From contig OZ025685.1 of assembly GCA_964019335.1 (NCBI GenBank), forward strand, positions 62,001 to 126,000: a stretch of 64,000 nt of DNA, read 5' to 3'. The notes below the pieces were generated by a model that saw only the letters and a list, made by a program, of their open reading frames with translations, was not told the origin of the DNA and did no database searches. The translations under genes and the position numbers were made by a program. Below, in pieces: positions 42,709 through 53,968 of this stretch (positions are counted from its first letter, which is position 1; each line of letters opens with the position of its first letter). Source of the stretch: Diplonema japonicum (Eukaryota; Protista; Euglenozoa: Diplonemea).

Positions 42709-43578
42709 ATGGCGCCCTCGACGCCCCCCTCGAGATCCCCCACCAAGTCGGTGCGCGTCCGCGGATCGCCTCCTGTGAAAGGCGTGTGTTTGTTTTCAAA
42801 CGGAACAGCAGCAGCTGGAAGGAACAAAATGATCAGAGTGGAGTACGGGGGTGAGAGCGTGGAGGTGTGCATCCCGACTGCAGTAAACACTGTGAGCGGC
42901 GTGCTCAAACTTGTCGAGAAGGCAAGGGGCGTGACGGGAGGGTACGGGCTGAAAGACGCAAAAGGCGCAAAAGTGACAGACGTGACAAAAATTGTGGGAA
43001 ACTGTGCCTACACGCTCGAAATCTTCATGGGGGTCGGCACCACAAGGATAGGCATCCTGCACGAGCACAGCAATGAGGTGAAAGAAGTACAAGTGAAAAA
43101 GCTCTCTGCTGACCTTTTTGATGGCCACAAGTTGTACACACTTGAAGGTGACCTCGTGAACCCCTCTGACGTCTGTGACGGGTGGCTTGTGTACGCTTCA
43201 GTGTCGGGCATCCCACCGCCATCCCTCCCATGGCGTACTAGCCAGCCTGCCCTTCGCTTGACAATGTGTATGGATGTAAAGGTGCTACGAAACGGAACCG
43301 ACTTACGTCGCTCGGAAAACATACGTCTCCTCGCTTGGATGACGTTTGATGATATTTTGGCTTTTCTTGCCGCTTCTTATAAATTGGAGAGTGTGCTCTT
43401 GTATACTTCTAAAGGGTCGTTGATTGTTTCTGTGAAGGATTTGGTCACTGGTGGGCCTAATGTTATTTTAGCTCCTGAGGGGGAACCCTTTTTGAAACCC
43501 ACAAACAGTTTCAGTTTGTCAGCGAGCAAGCTATCAAGACTGCTGGATGTGCCCATGGGCCCCGCGGTTTCTGCTTGA
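42709..43578 (+). CDS. Tandem doublecortin-like domain protein
   Basis: VKVLRNG...TFDDILAFL...LYTSKGSLIVSVKDL...GEPF, plus two weaker upstream copies. Confidence 0.7.
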   Translation: MAPSTPPSRSPTKSVRVRGSPPVKGVCLFSNGTAAAGRNKMIRVEYGGESVEVCIPTAVNTVSGVLKLVEKARGVTGGYGLKDAKGAKVTDVTKIVGNCAYTLEIFMGVGTTRIGILHEHSNEVKEVQVKKLSADLFDGHKLYTLEGDLVNPSDVCDGWLVYASVSGIPPPSLPWRTSQPALRLTMCMDVKVLRNGTDLRRSENIRLLAWMTFDDILAFLAASYKLESVLLYTSKGSLIVSVKDLVTGGPNVILAPEGEPFLKPTNSFSLSASKLSRLLDVPMGPAVSA

Positions 43579-43592
43579 GAATCAGAAGAAGG

Positions 43593-43626
<34 letters not shown>

Positions 43627-44357
43627 AGTAATGGCCCTTTTAAAGGCGCCACACGAAAAAAAAAGAAAAAAAAAGCGGGGAGGGGAACTCACGATAGGAA
43701 AGAAAACAAAAAAAAGTACATGGAAAAAAAAAAAAATATTCAAAAAATCATAAGGGAAGGGAGGGTACTTTTAAGTTTTTCTTCGCCTGTATTTGGATTT
43801 TTTTTTTTTTTTATATTGGGGGAAGTTGCTCAAAGGAAGCGAAAATTGTATGCAAACTAAAAGTCCTTTTATTTGGCTGGATAGTTTGACTCTCACCTGA
43901 ATGTCATGGTATGTGTCAAGATCTGCCCAAAGTCCACCTAACCTAATATAATGTTTGGAAAAAAAAAAGGAAAGGAGAAGGGTGGCATCCCCCCCCCTTT
44001 AATATTTAGTTTGCAAGAAAAAAATATAGCCCGGTAAAAAACCTACTCTCTTTTTTTTTTCTTTTTTTCTTTTTTTATACTTATTATTGTATTAATTTGC
44101 AGAATTTCCCTCTCACACCCCCCCCCCTTTTTTTCCCCTCTTCCTTTTTAAGTTTTGCTATCCATTTTCTTTGATGCTGGAAAATGCTTTGCAAATGTCC
44201 CCTCTCCCAAAGATCTGTTTCTGCCCCCTTAAGGGAAGTGCTCATTGTAAGATATTATTCATTTTAGCACCTTCACAGGGGAGAAAGAAAAAAAAAAGAG
44301 AAAAAAAAAAAAAAAAAAAAAGAGGAAAACAGGAAAAAAAAGAAGAAGAAAAAAAGA

Positions 44358-44541
44358 CTAGGGCGATGCTTCTGACGGGGAAAAAAAAAATAACTATTGT
44401 GATTTTGGTAAAAATAAAGTGGACTTTATTTCCCGCGGCCGTTCTTTCCGTCCCTCGGGGGACAGAAAATAAAGCCAAGGGAAAGGGGTAAAGTCCACTT
44501 TAATAGCAGAATCTGTAATAATTTTCTTCCTCCCGACCTAG
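44358..44541. mobile_element. Degenerate fold-back/MITE-like element
   Basis: CTAG at both ends; internal perfect inverted pair TAAAGTGGACTTTA / TAAAGTCCACTTTA with imperfect outer complementarity. Confidence 0.45.
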
Positions 44542-44846
44542 TGTTTTTTTTGGCTGGGGACGTTTTATAGTTGGCGTGCTAAAAAATAAATAATGGCAGG
44601 AAATAAAGTAAAAAAGGGGGAAAACGTCATAGAAAGCAGTCTTCCCCAGCACTGCTTCAGTTGGCTTGTTATCTCTTATTTGGACGAAGAGACGCTTGTT
44701 CTCTTTGTTTCAGCTACCACTGCTCACAAACCTGCAAGAAACATGAGGGAAAAAAAAAAGTTACTTTATTTGATGTTTCTAGCCAAAACAAGGGAAAAAT
44801 AAATAAAGTCTACTTTATTTATGGAGTCCCCAGCCAAAAACACTAG
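44538..44846. mobile_element. MITE-like element with ~20 bp terminal inverted repeats
   Basis: CTAGTGTTTTTTTTGGCTGGGGAC (44538-44561) ... GTCCCCAGCCAAAAACACTAG (44826-44846); non-coding AT-rich interior. Confidence 0.65.
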
Positions 44847-44956
44847 GGAGGGGGGGGGGGCAAAAAGATAAATAAAGAAGAGGGGGAAAAAAAAAAAGAA
44901 GAATGGAGGGAGGGGATGGTGTAAGGGTTCGAGAGAGATCCTTCATGCTCATGCTC

Positions 44957-44993
<37 letters not shown>

Positions 44994-46663
44994 CAAGGCT
45001 TGTCTTCTTCTGTTTCTATCAGCTATCGTGTGAAGAAACGAAAATATGTAGTGTATTGTTGAAATTCAAGAGGAGGGGTTCTCTCTCAAACAAAAAAAAA
45101 GTTTTTTTTTTTTTCCCTTCTTCCCAAATGGCTGGATAAGTAGTTTATGGTTATCAGTTTATTTCACAATTCTAAAATTACTTACCTCCCCTCCCTCAAC
45201 TCTTTTATGTACTGTGGCGAAGTCACCACTGCTTCACGGAAAACAGGCCGTTGCTAAACATGAAGTAACGAAATTAAGCCGGTGAAGTGAAGTAATGGAA
45301 ACCCCTGAGGTTGCGTTGAGTTATTTCATTTTTTTCCCATCCTTCTTCTTTTTTTTTTTTTTTTTTTTTTTTTTTTCCATTTCAAAAAAAAAGAAAGAAA
45401 GAAAGAAGAAAAAAAAAAAAAAAACTCTAATTTACAAATATGGCAAAAATAACTAGACCACTATTTCCGTGTGTCCGGGAAAAAAGGGGGGGGGGAAGGA
45501 CTAGGGGGGAAGGGGTCAAACTTACCGTGTCTTTTTTTTTTCCCTTTTATTCTTTATGTTATAATAAGTTTCAATTTACTCTATCAATGCAAGTAAGAAC
45601 TTTGAGCCCGCAGTTTGCCTCAGGTGAAAAAAGTATCGAAAGAGGGCTGCGCCAGTAAATACTGTAAAACGAGGGGAAAAAAAAGTAGAGAAAAGTGTCG
45701 GACTGACAAATTCTGGAACGCAAAAAAAAAAAAAAAAGGAAGAAAAAAAATAGCTCATGAATAAGAATGGCACGCTCCAGCTGTATCTTCATGCAAATAA
45801 TAGAGGAGAGAATAAAAAAGTTTCACTTAAAAAAAAGTTAATTCTTTTCAATTTTAAATAAATTATCACACCCCCCCCCCCCCCCTTCTCCTCCCAAAAC
45901 CTAAATGTCTTGTTTCCCCCCCCCCCCCCCCTCCTCTTTCTATCCCTTTCCCTCCCCATGGTTTTTTCTTTTTTTCTCTCCTTTTTCTTCTTATCTATCT
46001 CTTTTTTTTCCCTTTTTTTTTCTTTCCCCCCCCCTCTTTTTGTTCTTTTGTCCTCGGTGGGTGAAGATTTTTCAACATCAAAAAAAAAAGGGGGGGAGGA
46101 GACAGCATTGTTGCCGATCCCCCCCAACACCAATGGACCCAATTAAACGGAACAAAAAGAGGGGAAAAGAAAACGGCTGAGAGAAACAAAAAAAAAGAGC
46201 TTTTTTCTTCTTTTACTCCATGCACTTTTTTTTGTAAGCTCGGGATATGTCCGGAGGGAGAAAAAAAAATCTCTCAAGAAGAAAAAGAAAGGCGGGGTAA
46301 AAAAAAAAAAAAAAAAAGAAAAGAAAAAAAAAAAGCCTGTGGTATGAGTGCGTGGCATCAGTGCTTTTTCTTTTTTTCTTTCCTTTAATTTTTTATTAAA
46401 AATTTCATTGCGGGATTCGCAGTAAATAAAAAAGGGGGAGGGGACATCCTCTCTCTTCCCCCCTTTTGCAGAGCATCAAGAAGAGAAAAAAAAAAGAGAA
46501 AAAAATGCCCGCGAAAAAAAAAAAAAAAAGCCTCTCCTCCTTCCTTCCCCCATCTTCTTCCTAAAATTACTTCAATACCTCCTCTCTTTCTTTTTATATA
46601 ACTCTTAAAATAAAAAAAAGAAAATACCAAGTGGCGGGGAAAAAAAAAGGGGGGGAAAAAAAA

Positions 46664-47440
46664 ATGCTTCTAAGAACATTTTGTATCATGGCAGCTGCTC
46701 TGGGCAGTGCTGAGGCTGTTGACAGGGTGGTGGTGGTGGCTGGAGATTCATGGGCGGACTACCAAAATATTCCTAACGTTCAATTCCCGAAGGTATTTGA
46801 AGAGAATGGTGACAATAGAATTATTAGCAATATCGCAGTGGGAGGCAGCTTGTGCGTGGACTGGGCCGGGAGATACCTTCCTGCCTTACAACAGGCTGTA
46901 AGCAGAGCTGAGGTAGAAATTGTGTGGATGACGTGCGGTGGAAACGACGCTACCTACCAGCTCCAAACCTGTGCTGCAGCAGGTACCCCAAGCAACGTTT
47001 GTGTAGGGCAAATAATGGAGAAGCTTAAAGCAGATCTTCAAACTATCTACAACGCTGTACACATGGCCAACCCCACCGCCAGAATGGTTGTTTTTGGATA
47101 TGATGTTATGGGCTTTGGTTCCGACCCTTGCAATGTGTTGCCTCAGATGCTTCTCCCGGACTGCGCAGGAGATGCCTTTTGTGTCAATACGCAATTTGCG
47201 CAGATCCAAACTGTGGTGAATGAGCTTGCCGCCACCAACGCCAACTTCGACACCGTCAATCTTCTCGGTTCTTTCCAAGCAGCTGGCAACATCCCGAACA
47301 CTGCTGTGGGGCAGCCAGATCTCAAGCAATATTCCCCCGTTACCTCGTACGACTCCACCTGCATCCACCCCACCCAAACGGCCTACCACACTATTTTCAC
47401 TAACTTCTACACCAAGTATTTCGAGGCCACAAAACCGTGA
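46664..47440 (+). CDS. Secreted SGNH/GDSL hydrolase
   Basis: Signal peptide; blocks VAGDSWA, NIAVGGS, CGGNDA, CIHPT. Confidence 0.88.
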   Translation: MLLRTFCIMAAALGSAEAVDRVVVVAGDSWADYQNIPNVQFPKVFEENGDNRIISNIAVGGSLCVDWAGRYLPALQQAVSRAEVEIVWMTCGGNDATYQLQTCAAAGTPSNVCVGQIMEKLKADLQTIYNAVHMANPTARMVVFGYDVMGFGSDPCNVLPQMLLPDCAGDAFCVNTQFAQIQTVVNELAATNANFDTVNLLGSFQAAGNIPNTAVGQPDLKQYSPVTSYDSTCIHPTQTAYHTIFTNFYTKYFEATKP

Positions 47441-47627
47441 TGATAAAAGGATTTCTTTCCCCCCCCTTTTTTTATTTTTTCTTCCTCCGGCGAACGTTGT
47501 GTTGGTCCACACCCCCAACAAAAGAGATATATAGTTCCCCCTCCTCCCCTCCCCCCCCTTTTTTTTACCGGCATTTTGATCGAGCAACTCAAATTGTTAC
47601 AACGCGTCCTTCTCAAAACCTGTTCGT

Positions 47628-47672
<45 letters not shown>

Positions 47673-47746
47673 TATCTCTTCCTTCTTTCTGAGTTTTAGA
47701 ATTACCGCCTCTGGTCACTCTCATGACACCCTTTTCAGCGCACAAA

Positions 47747-49609
47747 ATGAGCAGTTTCAAGGATCAGGTGCCCTCAGGCATGTCCGACGAGGAGCAGAAA
47801 GGCCTGGACCTCCTGGTGGCAGTGAAGCAGACCCATTTACTTGGGAACTGGCCGAAGGGCGATGCGGAGGCAGAGAGGAAGAAGGAATTCCTGCAGCAAG
47901 TGGCTGGAGTGGACGCCAGGTACCCTGGTGGGCTGAAAGCGTACATCGAAAAAGGGAAAAAACTGATGGTGGCATCGCGAGAGGGAAAGAACCCCTTGCA
48001 TGGCGTGGTACCGCATGTGCCCAACGGGCTCCATCTCGGCCTCTTCAGCAAGGAGTTCCTGAAGTACGAGAAATTGGGAGAGTCGGCCATCAAAGGCCTG
48101 TGCTTTGTCCTTGTGGCGGGTGGGCTCGGCGAACGCCTCGGCTACAACGGGATCAAGATCGAGCTGCCCACCAACCTCGTGACAGGCGAGTGCTACCTTG
48201 AGTACTATGCACAGTGCATCCAAGCACTGCAGGACAGAAGCGGTGTGCAGGGCCTTGAGATCCCTTTAGTTATTATGACGTCAGGCGACACGCACGACAA
48301 GACCACCAGGCTGCTAAAGGCCTTTGGGAACTTCGGCCTCTCCGAGGCACAGGTGACGCTCGTGAAGCAAGAGAAGGTGCCCACCTTCTCAGACGAGCAG
48401 GGCAAGCTGTCCGAGTCGAAGCCCTACGTCCTGAACACAAAGCCCCACGGCAACGGCGATGTGCACCTCCTGCTTCATCAGCACGGCATCTCCGAAAAGT
48501 GGGTGGCGCAGGGTAAGCAGTGGATCGTCTTTTTCCAGGACACCAACGGGTTGGCCTTCAACACAGTGCTGCCCACTCTCGGCCTCTCCATCGAGGCGAA
48601 TAACTCCATGACCACGGTGTGCGTGCCCCGCATGGCGGGCGAGGCCATCGGGTGCATCACCAAGCTCGTCAAGGAAAACGGCTCATCTGTCGTGTGCAAC
48701 GTGGAGTACAACCAAATCGACCCCTTGCTGCGGGCACTGTCGGGTGGGAAGCAAGGCGACACGGCAGACCCAGCCACAGGGTTCTCTGTCTACCCGGGGA
48801 ACACGAACACACTGGTTATAGGAACACGCCGCTACGCAGAGGTGCTGAGGGAGAGCGGCGGGGTGATGCCGGAATTTGTGAACCCAAAGTACGCGAACAG
48901 CGAGAAGACTAAATTCAAGGCGCCCACAAGGCTGGAGTGCATGATGGAGGACTACCCGAAGCTGCTCAGGTCGGAGGACAGCGTGGGGTGGGCTTCCTTC
49001 GACAGGTGGGCGTCCTTCTCGCCATGCAAGAACAGCCTTGTAGAAGCAAAGGCAAAGGCAGACGCTGGGCTCGAGGCGTGGGGTGCCTTCTCTGCAGAGA
49101 CGGACTACTACAAGTACCACGTTGAGCTGATGAAGCAGCTGGGGTGCAGGGTTGCCACACCGACCATGAGGACGATCCATGGTGTCAAGGCACCAGTGGG
49201 CGCATTGGTGTGGTTCGCACCGTCGTTTGGGATGTTCCGTGGGTCCTTTGCAGGACACTTCCCCACACCGAGGAACGTATCTGTGTCCTCACGCTCTTCG
49301 TTGGTGGTCGACGGTGCCGGCGTCACCATCAGGAAGCTCAACCTAGACGGTGCGCTTGTCATCAGTGCCTGCCCTGGTGCCTTTGTTGACGTAGTTAGCC
49401 TCACAGTGAGAAACGCTGGTGTTGAGATCGAAGAACTTGACAGCAGCAAAGTCACCACAAGCACCACAAAGATCAGAGGGTACACGCTCGCACGACATGA
49501 TCAGATGGTGTGTGTGGGGTTTTTTCTCTTTTTTTCAAACACTTTTATATAGGTTTTGCGCTTCTCCAGACCAGGAAGGTACGTTATCAATGACCAGGCT
49601 AAGTTGTAG
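47747..49609 (+). CDS. USP: UDP-sugar pyrophosphorylase with C-terminal AKL (exons 47747-49507, 49553-49609)
   Basis: FVLVAGGLGERLGYNGIK, IMTSGDTH, KQEKVP, TKPHGNGDVH, FFQDTNGL, NVEYNQ, PTRLECMMEDY; 45-nt intron restores DQM|VLRFSRPGRYVINDQAKL*. Confidence 0.93.
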
Positions 49610-50404
49610 GGTTGGGAAGTGGGGGGGGGGGAAAAAAATTGTGCGTAAATGTTCCCGTTTTCTTGACTTACCCTGTATACAAAATTGTGCGGGGGGTTTT
49701 CGGGGGTTTTTTTTTATTGTTCGTTTTTCTTCTTCTTTTTCCTTTCTCTGGGGGATTGTCTTTTGTTTTTCCTTCCCTTTCTTTCCCCCGCTTCTCGCTT
49801 CTGTCTTTCTTTCATCTCCCCTCTTCTTTTTTTTTCCCCTCTTTTTTTTTTTTTTTTCTCCCTCGCTGATCTTTGCCTAGATGGCCCGCGGCAAAGCTAT
49901 CACATCCCGGAGAAGTAAAAAAAAAAAAAAAAAAAAATTAAAAAAAATGAAGAAAAAAAAATGAAAACGACAAAAAAGCTTCAAAAAAATTAAGATTTTC
50001 AGTCAGTTCCGTGTTTTTTTTTTTACCCCTTCTACTCCTTTTTTTTTCCCTTCTTCCTAACGTGGTTGAGTACCGAAAAATGTCGTCACCCTAGGTGTAA
50101 GCAGCGTCACCTTTCATGGCCTTTGGACAGAACAAAAAAAAAAAAAAAAAAAAAAAGAAAGAAAAGGTGGCCTTGTCTGCTGGCAGGTACCTCTCGATCG
50201 TCCTATACTGGCGAACTACCCGCTTTTCCACTTTCCTCTTCTTTTCATAGGAGTAAAAACTCGCGGTTTTTTCTTCTGTTCATCCTTCCCCCCCACCTAT
50301 ATACCTTTTTTTTTTCTTTTTTTTTTTTTTTTTTTCCCTTTCTCTTTTTCTTTTTGCGGTTTCACCAAACCCAACTCAACTAGAAACGTGCTACATGTGC
50401 TGCA

Positions 50405-53400
50405 ATGGCCTCCGATTCAGTGTATGCAGCAGGCGAAGCTGTCCTGATAGTGAGTGGGTGTCTAGGGTTGTTGTTCCTGCTTGCTGTTGTGGGCTTCATG
50501 GTGGCAACATATGTGGGTGATTCAGGAATCTTGCAAAGGGTGTGTCTTGGGAGCGATACGCTTGGCGTTGGGCTGTTGTGCCCAACCCGCATCCACTCTG
50601 ACGAGCTTTCCTATGAAAGACTGTCCTTGAGGCGTCGTGCTCAGGTACGCGAAGGGCCTCGCGGGAACTTCTTGTACCTCCGGGGCTACAGCTTCTTTAT
50701 GCGCTACGCCACCGACTATATGCTGCACAACCACAATTATGCCAAGCTCGTGACATCTACCTGCTTCACTTCTATACAACGTGTGGTTCTGCTCAGCAAT
50801 CTCGTCGCCACTGCCATGCTTGCTTCCCTCCTCCACTCACGCATTGAAGGTCCAGCTGCCATCCCCATTGGGGCGTGCTTGCTCAGTGTGTGGTTTGGCG
50901 TTGTTGTGTTTTTCTTTGAAAACTCCGTTCCAGCGCACAAACCTGTGAAGAAGCGTGAGCCCACACCGAGCATCTCGGTGGAACAGCAGTATGAGGAACA
51001 AGCAGAGCTCACCGGGAAAGACCACAACCGCGACAACACCGACGGCGCACCCCTCCCCGTGCCCATGCCCGAACCCCTTGACCCTGTAGAGGAGGACTAC
51101 GCTACTCATGAAGCACCCGACACTGACGAGGAATGTGTTTTCCAGATGCCGGACATTGCCGACAGACAAACTGCCGAACAGTATCCCAAGAACCCCCTGA
51201 AGCACAAGCAGAAGAGTACTTTGCACGCGTCGCGCAAGGGGTTCAACAGAATGGCAGACCTCATCACAGGGCTCGACACCTTCCTCGACTTGGACGACAC
51301 GAAGATACACTTCACAGCCTACGAGCTGGTCATGGCGGCGCATGTTGAGGACACGCGGTGCAGATTCCTCTCCGGGCTCTCAATCAAGATGTCGGCAAGG
51401 CTCTACTCTGTAGGGGTCCTTCCAGCCTCTGTGGGTGTCTTTAACTCTCATAACAGAGCCGACTTACCGCTCCATAGAAAGAAGTCCTCGTTTTTTGGTA
51501 GTAATGCTGGACCATCACCCAACGCACGACACCGAGTCAAGGGGGGCCGTGTCCCTACCCTCCCACCATGCGCGTCAGTGGAGTCTGTGCTGAACGACAG
51601 CACGTTGACGCTTGGCAAGAGCGTGCTGGTTGCGACCATAAAGGAGGCGCAGACTGTCCGTCCCATCTGGCGCCTTGCGTGCGAGGCTGTCGTGCTCTTC
51701 GAGTTCCGTCTTGCGGCGGCGCTGTTTGTGTTGGACCTTATCACAGAGAACCCTGACCTGTTCTACATCCTGCTGGGGAACAATCCACCTTTCCTCGTGA
51801 AAGAGGGACTGGACATGCTGGTTCTTGGTCGTCACGTTGGGCTGGAATGGTGCAGGTACTACGCGTGGACCTTGTGGGGCATCGAGTCGGACGAGGAGTT
51901 CATAAATCTGTATGAGACCTCGCAGGCATCGGGTGAGGACCTGCAGGCACTGCTGTTCGACAGGTCAGTCGATGTGAACGTAGTAGTGTCCAGAAAAAGC
52001 GACGGTGAAAAGGACACCGTGGACACCACGCAGGATTCACACAGAAGGTCGACGCTGCTGAGGAAGAGGACAGGGTCAATGTCAGACATATTTCAGGAGG
52101 CTGCTGTGAAGGACGAGATCGTGCAGATGAGAATGCAGCTGGCCACCACCATAGAACACAGGACACAGAACTCAGAAGACGCCGACGATCGTCTCACATG
52201 GCAGGACGGCATCGACTCCGTGTTGTGCGACCAGGAGTTTGTGCGCGCTTCACACATCTTCCGTGCAGCACTCCACCCGAAGCAATTCGACGCCTCCTTC
52301 CCTGTCTCCGGCGGTGTTGAGCACTCTTTCATGGAGTCGATCGAGTACGGCAGGCTTGTCGCCCGCCACTACGCCATACATCAGCTGGGCGTCACCAGCA
52401 CGGCATACTCACGGGCATACCTTGAAGAGGAACATGGCACTTCAGCTCTTCCTCTCCGTCTGTTTTCCTTTCCAAAAGCAGATGTACTCAGGTGGGTTCC
52501 TACCCAGGCTGTCAACCCGAGATCCCTCCTGCGCCACAAGTCTGACCTCGCAGCCATTGGCAAGAGCATCGGTGCTGAGGACCCCTCGAAGGACGACCTC
52601 AGCAAGATGAAGACTCTCCGCAACCCGTACCTTACGTACCTGGTGAACGAGAAAGTAGCCGCGCAGCATGGCAGGGACGCTGTGTTTGGCGAGGTGTACG
52701 TGATGCCGCCTACGGAATCACTGAACAAGTCGTTCGCGACATGGCTGTGCGATAGGCAGGGCTCGATGCAGGAAGGTTCTGGTTCGTTCTTCATCCCTTT
52801 CAAAGGGGTGGAGCGCGCACTGGGAGACCTGAAGCAAGGGGATCACGTCGTGCTGCTGGACGGGGAATACCCCCCCTTCGAAGTGCGAGGGCTGCATGGA
52901 TCGAAGGAGTACCCCATCTTCTTCTCACCGTGGGGGTACAAGGCAGTCTGCGAGGAGAAAGGGCTACTCGGAGTACCTATGCTGCCGAACCAAATAGAAA
53001 AAGACGACCGAGGGAGGTTTGGAGAGTGCGTGATGACAGGGGGGAAATGGGACAAGGATGAGCTCATCAAGTTAGTTGACTGTTCACACATAAGATTCGA
53101 CGGGTTGGTGTTCAGGAGTGCAAGGGTGGGCATCGATGCCAGGCTGTCGTCCCACCTCACCTGCGTCAACAACAAATTCGAAAACATTCGCTACGCAGTG
53201 CTGCAGACACCTATGGGGCTCTTCCCGGATGTGCCGTCTTTCAACGATATCGGGTCGGCACTTTTTGTGAAACTCAGAAACCCAGGGTCCTTCTCTTCAC
53301 AATTCACAAGGGTCGCCTACGTCCTGTTTGTGACTAGTTATATCGGTTTCATGACCGTTTGGTTTTTGCACACGTCCACTCTGAGTTTCGGTGACCGGAG

Positions 53401-53767
53401 AGATACTATGTTGCTGGCGGTGCAGATTGCATGCTGTGATGTTATCTTGTTGCAGCCCGTTGCATGCTTGGTGCGTGTCATGGCGATCTTCATGACAGCC
53501 AACCTTGACCCTCTCCAGCCAACAAAGTCTACATTCACGAACACTGGCATTCGCCAAACACGGGAGTGGTCCACCTCCCGCAACAGGGTGAAGTGCGACA
53601 CTGCGTGGACAGCCATCGACACGGAGTCTCATTCCTACTTCAAAGAGCTCAAAAAAATGCGGAAAGCGTCGCTTGCCAAGAACAGGAAAGGGTCCAAGTA
53701 CATCCCTTCGAACTACGCACCTTCTGCGCCGAGCCCGCGAAGACGGGCGACGACAGCCGTATTCTAG
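50405..53767 (+). CDS. Multi-pass membrane protein with polycystin-1-like TM module and a parallel beta-helix domain
   Basis: 3 N-terminal TMs with NHNYAKLV...FTSIQRVVLL; C-terminal TMs with CDVILLQPV; beta-helix cap FKGVERALGDLKQGDHVVLLDGEY and DCSHIRFDGLVF...SSHLTCVNNKF. Confidence 0.7.
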   Translation: MASDSVYAAGEAVLIVSGCLGLLFLLAVVGFMVATYVGDSGILQRVCLGSDTLGVGLLCPTRIHSDELSYERLSLRRRAQVREGPRGNFLYLRGYSFFMRYATDYMLHNHNYAKLVTSTCFTSIQRVVLLSNLVATAMLASLLHSRIEGPAAIPIGACLLSVWFGVVVFFFENSVPAHKPVKKREPTPSISVEQQYEEQAELTGKDHNRDNTDGAPLPVPMPEPLDPVEEDYATHEAPDTDEECVFQMPDIADRQTAEQYPKNPLKHKQKSTLHASRKGFNRMADLITGLDTFLDLDDTKIHFTAYELVMAAHVEDTRCRFLSGLSIKMSARLYSVGVLPASVGVFNSHNRADLPLHRKKSSFFGSNAGPSPNARHRVKGGRVPTLPPCASVESVLNDSTLTLGKSVLVATIKEAQTVRPIWRLACEAVVLFEFRLAAALFVLDLITENPDLFYILLGNNPPFLVKEGLDMLVLGRHVGLEWCRYYAWTLWGIESDEEFINLYETSQASGEDLQALLFDRSVDVNVVVSRKSDGEKDTVDTTQDSHRRSTLLRKRTGSMSDIFQEAAVKDEIVQMRMQLATTIEHRTQNSEDADDRLTWQDGIDSVLCDQEFVRASHIFRAALHPKQFDASFPVSGGVEHSFMESIEYGRLVARHYAIHQLGVTSTAYSRAYLEEEHGTSALPLRLFSFPKADVLRWVPTQAVNPRSLLRHKSDLAAIGKSIGAEDPSKDDLSKMKTLRNPYLTYLVNEKVAAQHGRDAVFGEVYVMPPTESLNKSFATWLCDRQGSMQEGSGSFFIPFKGVERALGDLKQGDHVVLLDGEYPPFEVRGLHGSKEYPIFFSPWGYKAVCEEKGLLGVPMLPNQIEKDDRGRFGECVMTGGKWDKDELIKLVDCSHIRFDGLVFRSARVGIDARLSSHLTCVNNKFENIRYAVLQTPMGLFPDVPSFNDIGSALFVKLRNPGSFSSQFTRVAYVLFVTSYIGFMTVWFLHTSTLSFGDRRDTMLLAVQIACCDVILLQPVACLVRVMAIFMTANLDPLQPTKSTFTNTGIRQTREWSTSRNRVKCDTAWTAIDTESHSYFKELKKMRKASLAKNRKGSKYIPSNYAPSAPSPRRRATTAVF

Positions 53768-53968
53768 TTACGCGGAACGGAAGAAGGGAGCGAGTGAGAG
53801 AGAGAAAAAAAAGAATTGGTTTCCACCTTTACTTCACATTCTGTCTTCTTTTTATGTACAATAACAAATCACTAAAGAAAAACGTTCACACTTAAACAGG
53901 AAGGGTGGAGAAGGAGTGGCGGTGGGCCTGTGCCTCGTTGGTAGGGTCGTTTCTGCTTGTGGCCAGCC

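Noticed and set aside
45178-45190. ACTTACCT resembling the U1 snRNA 5' end
   Set aside because: No U1 stem-loops recognisable downstream.
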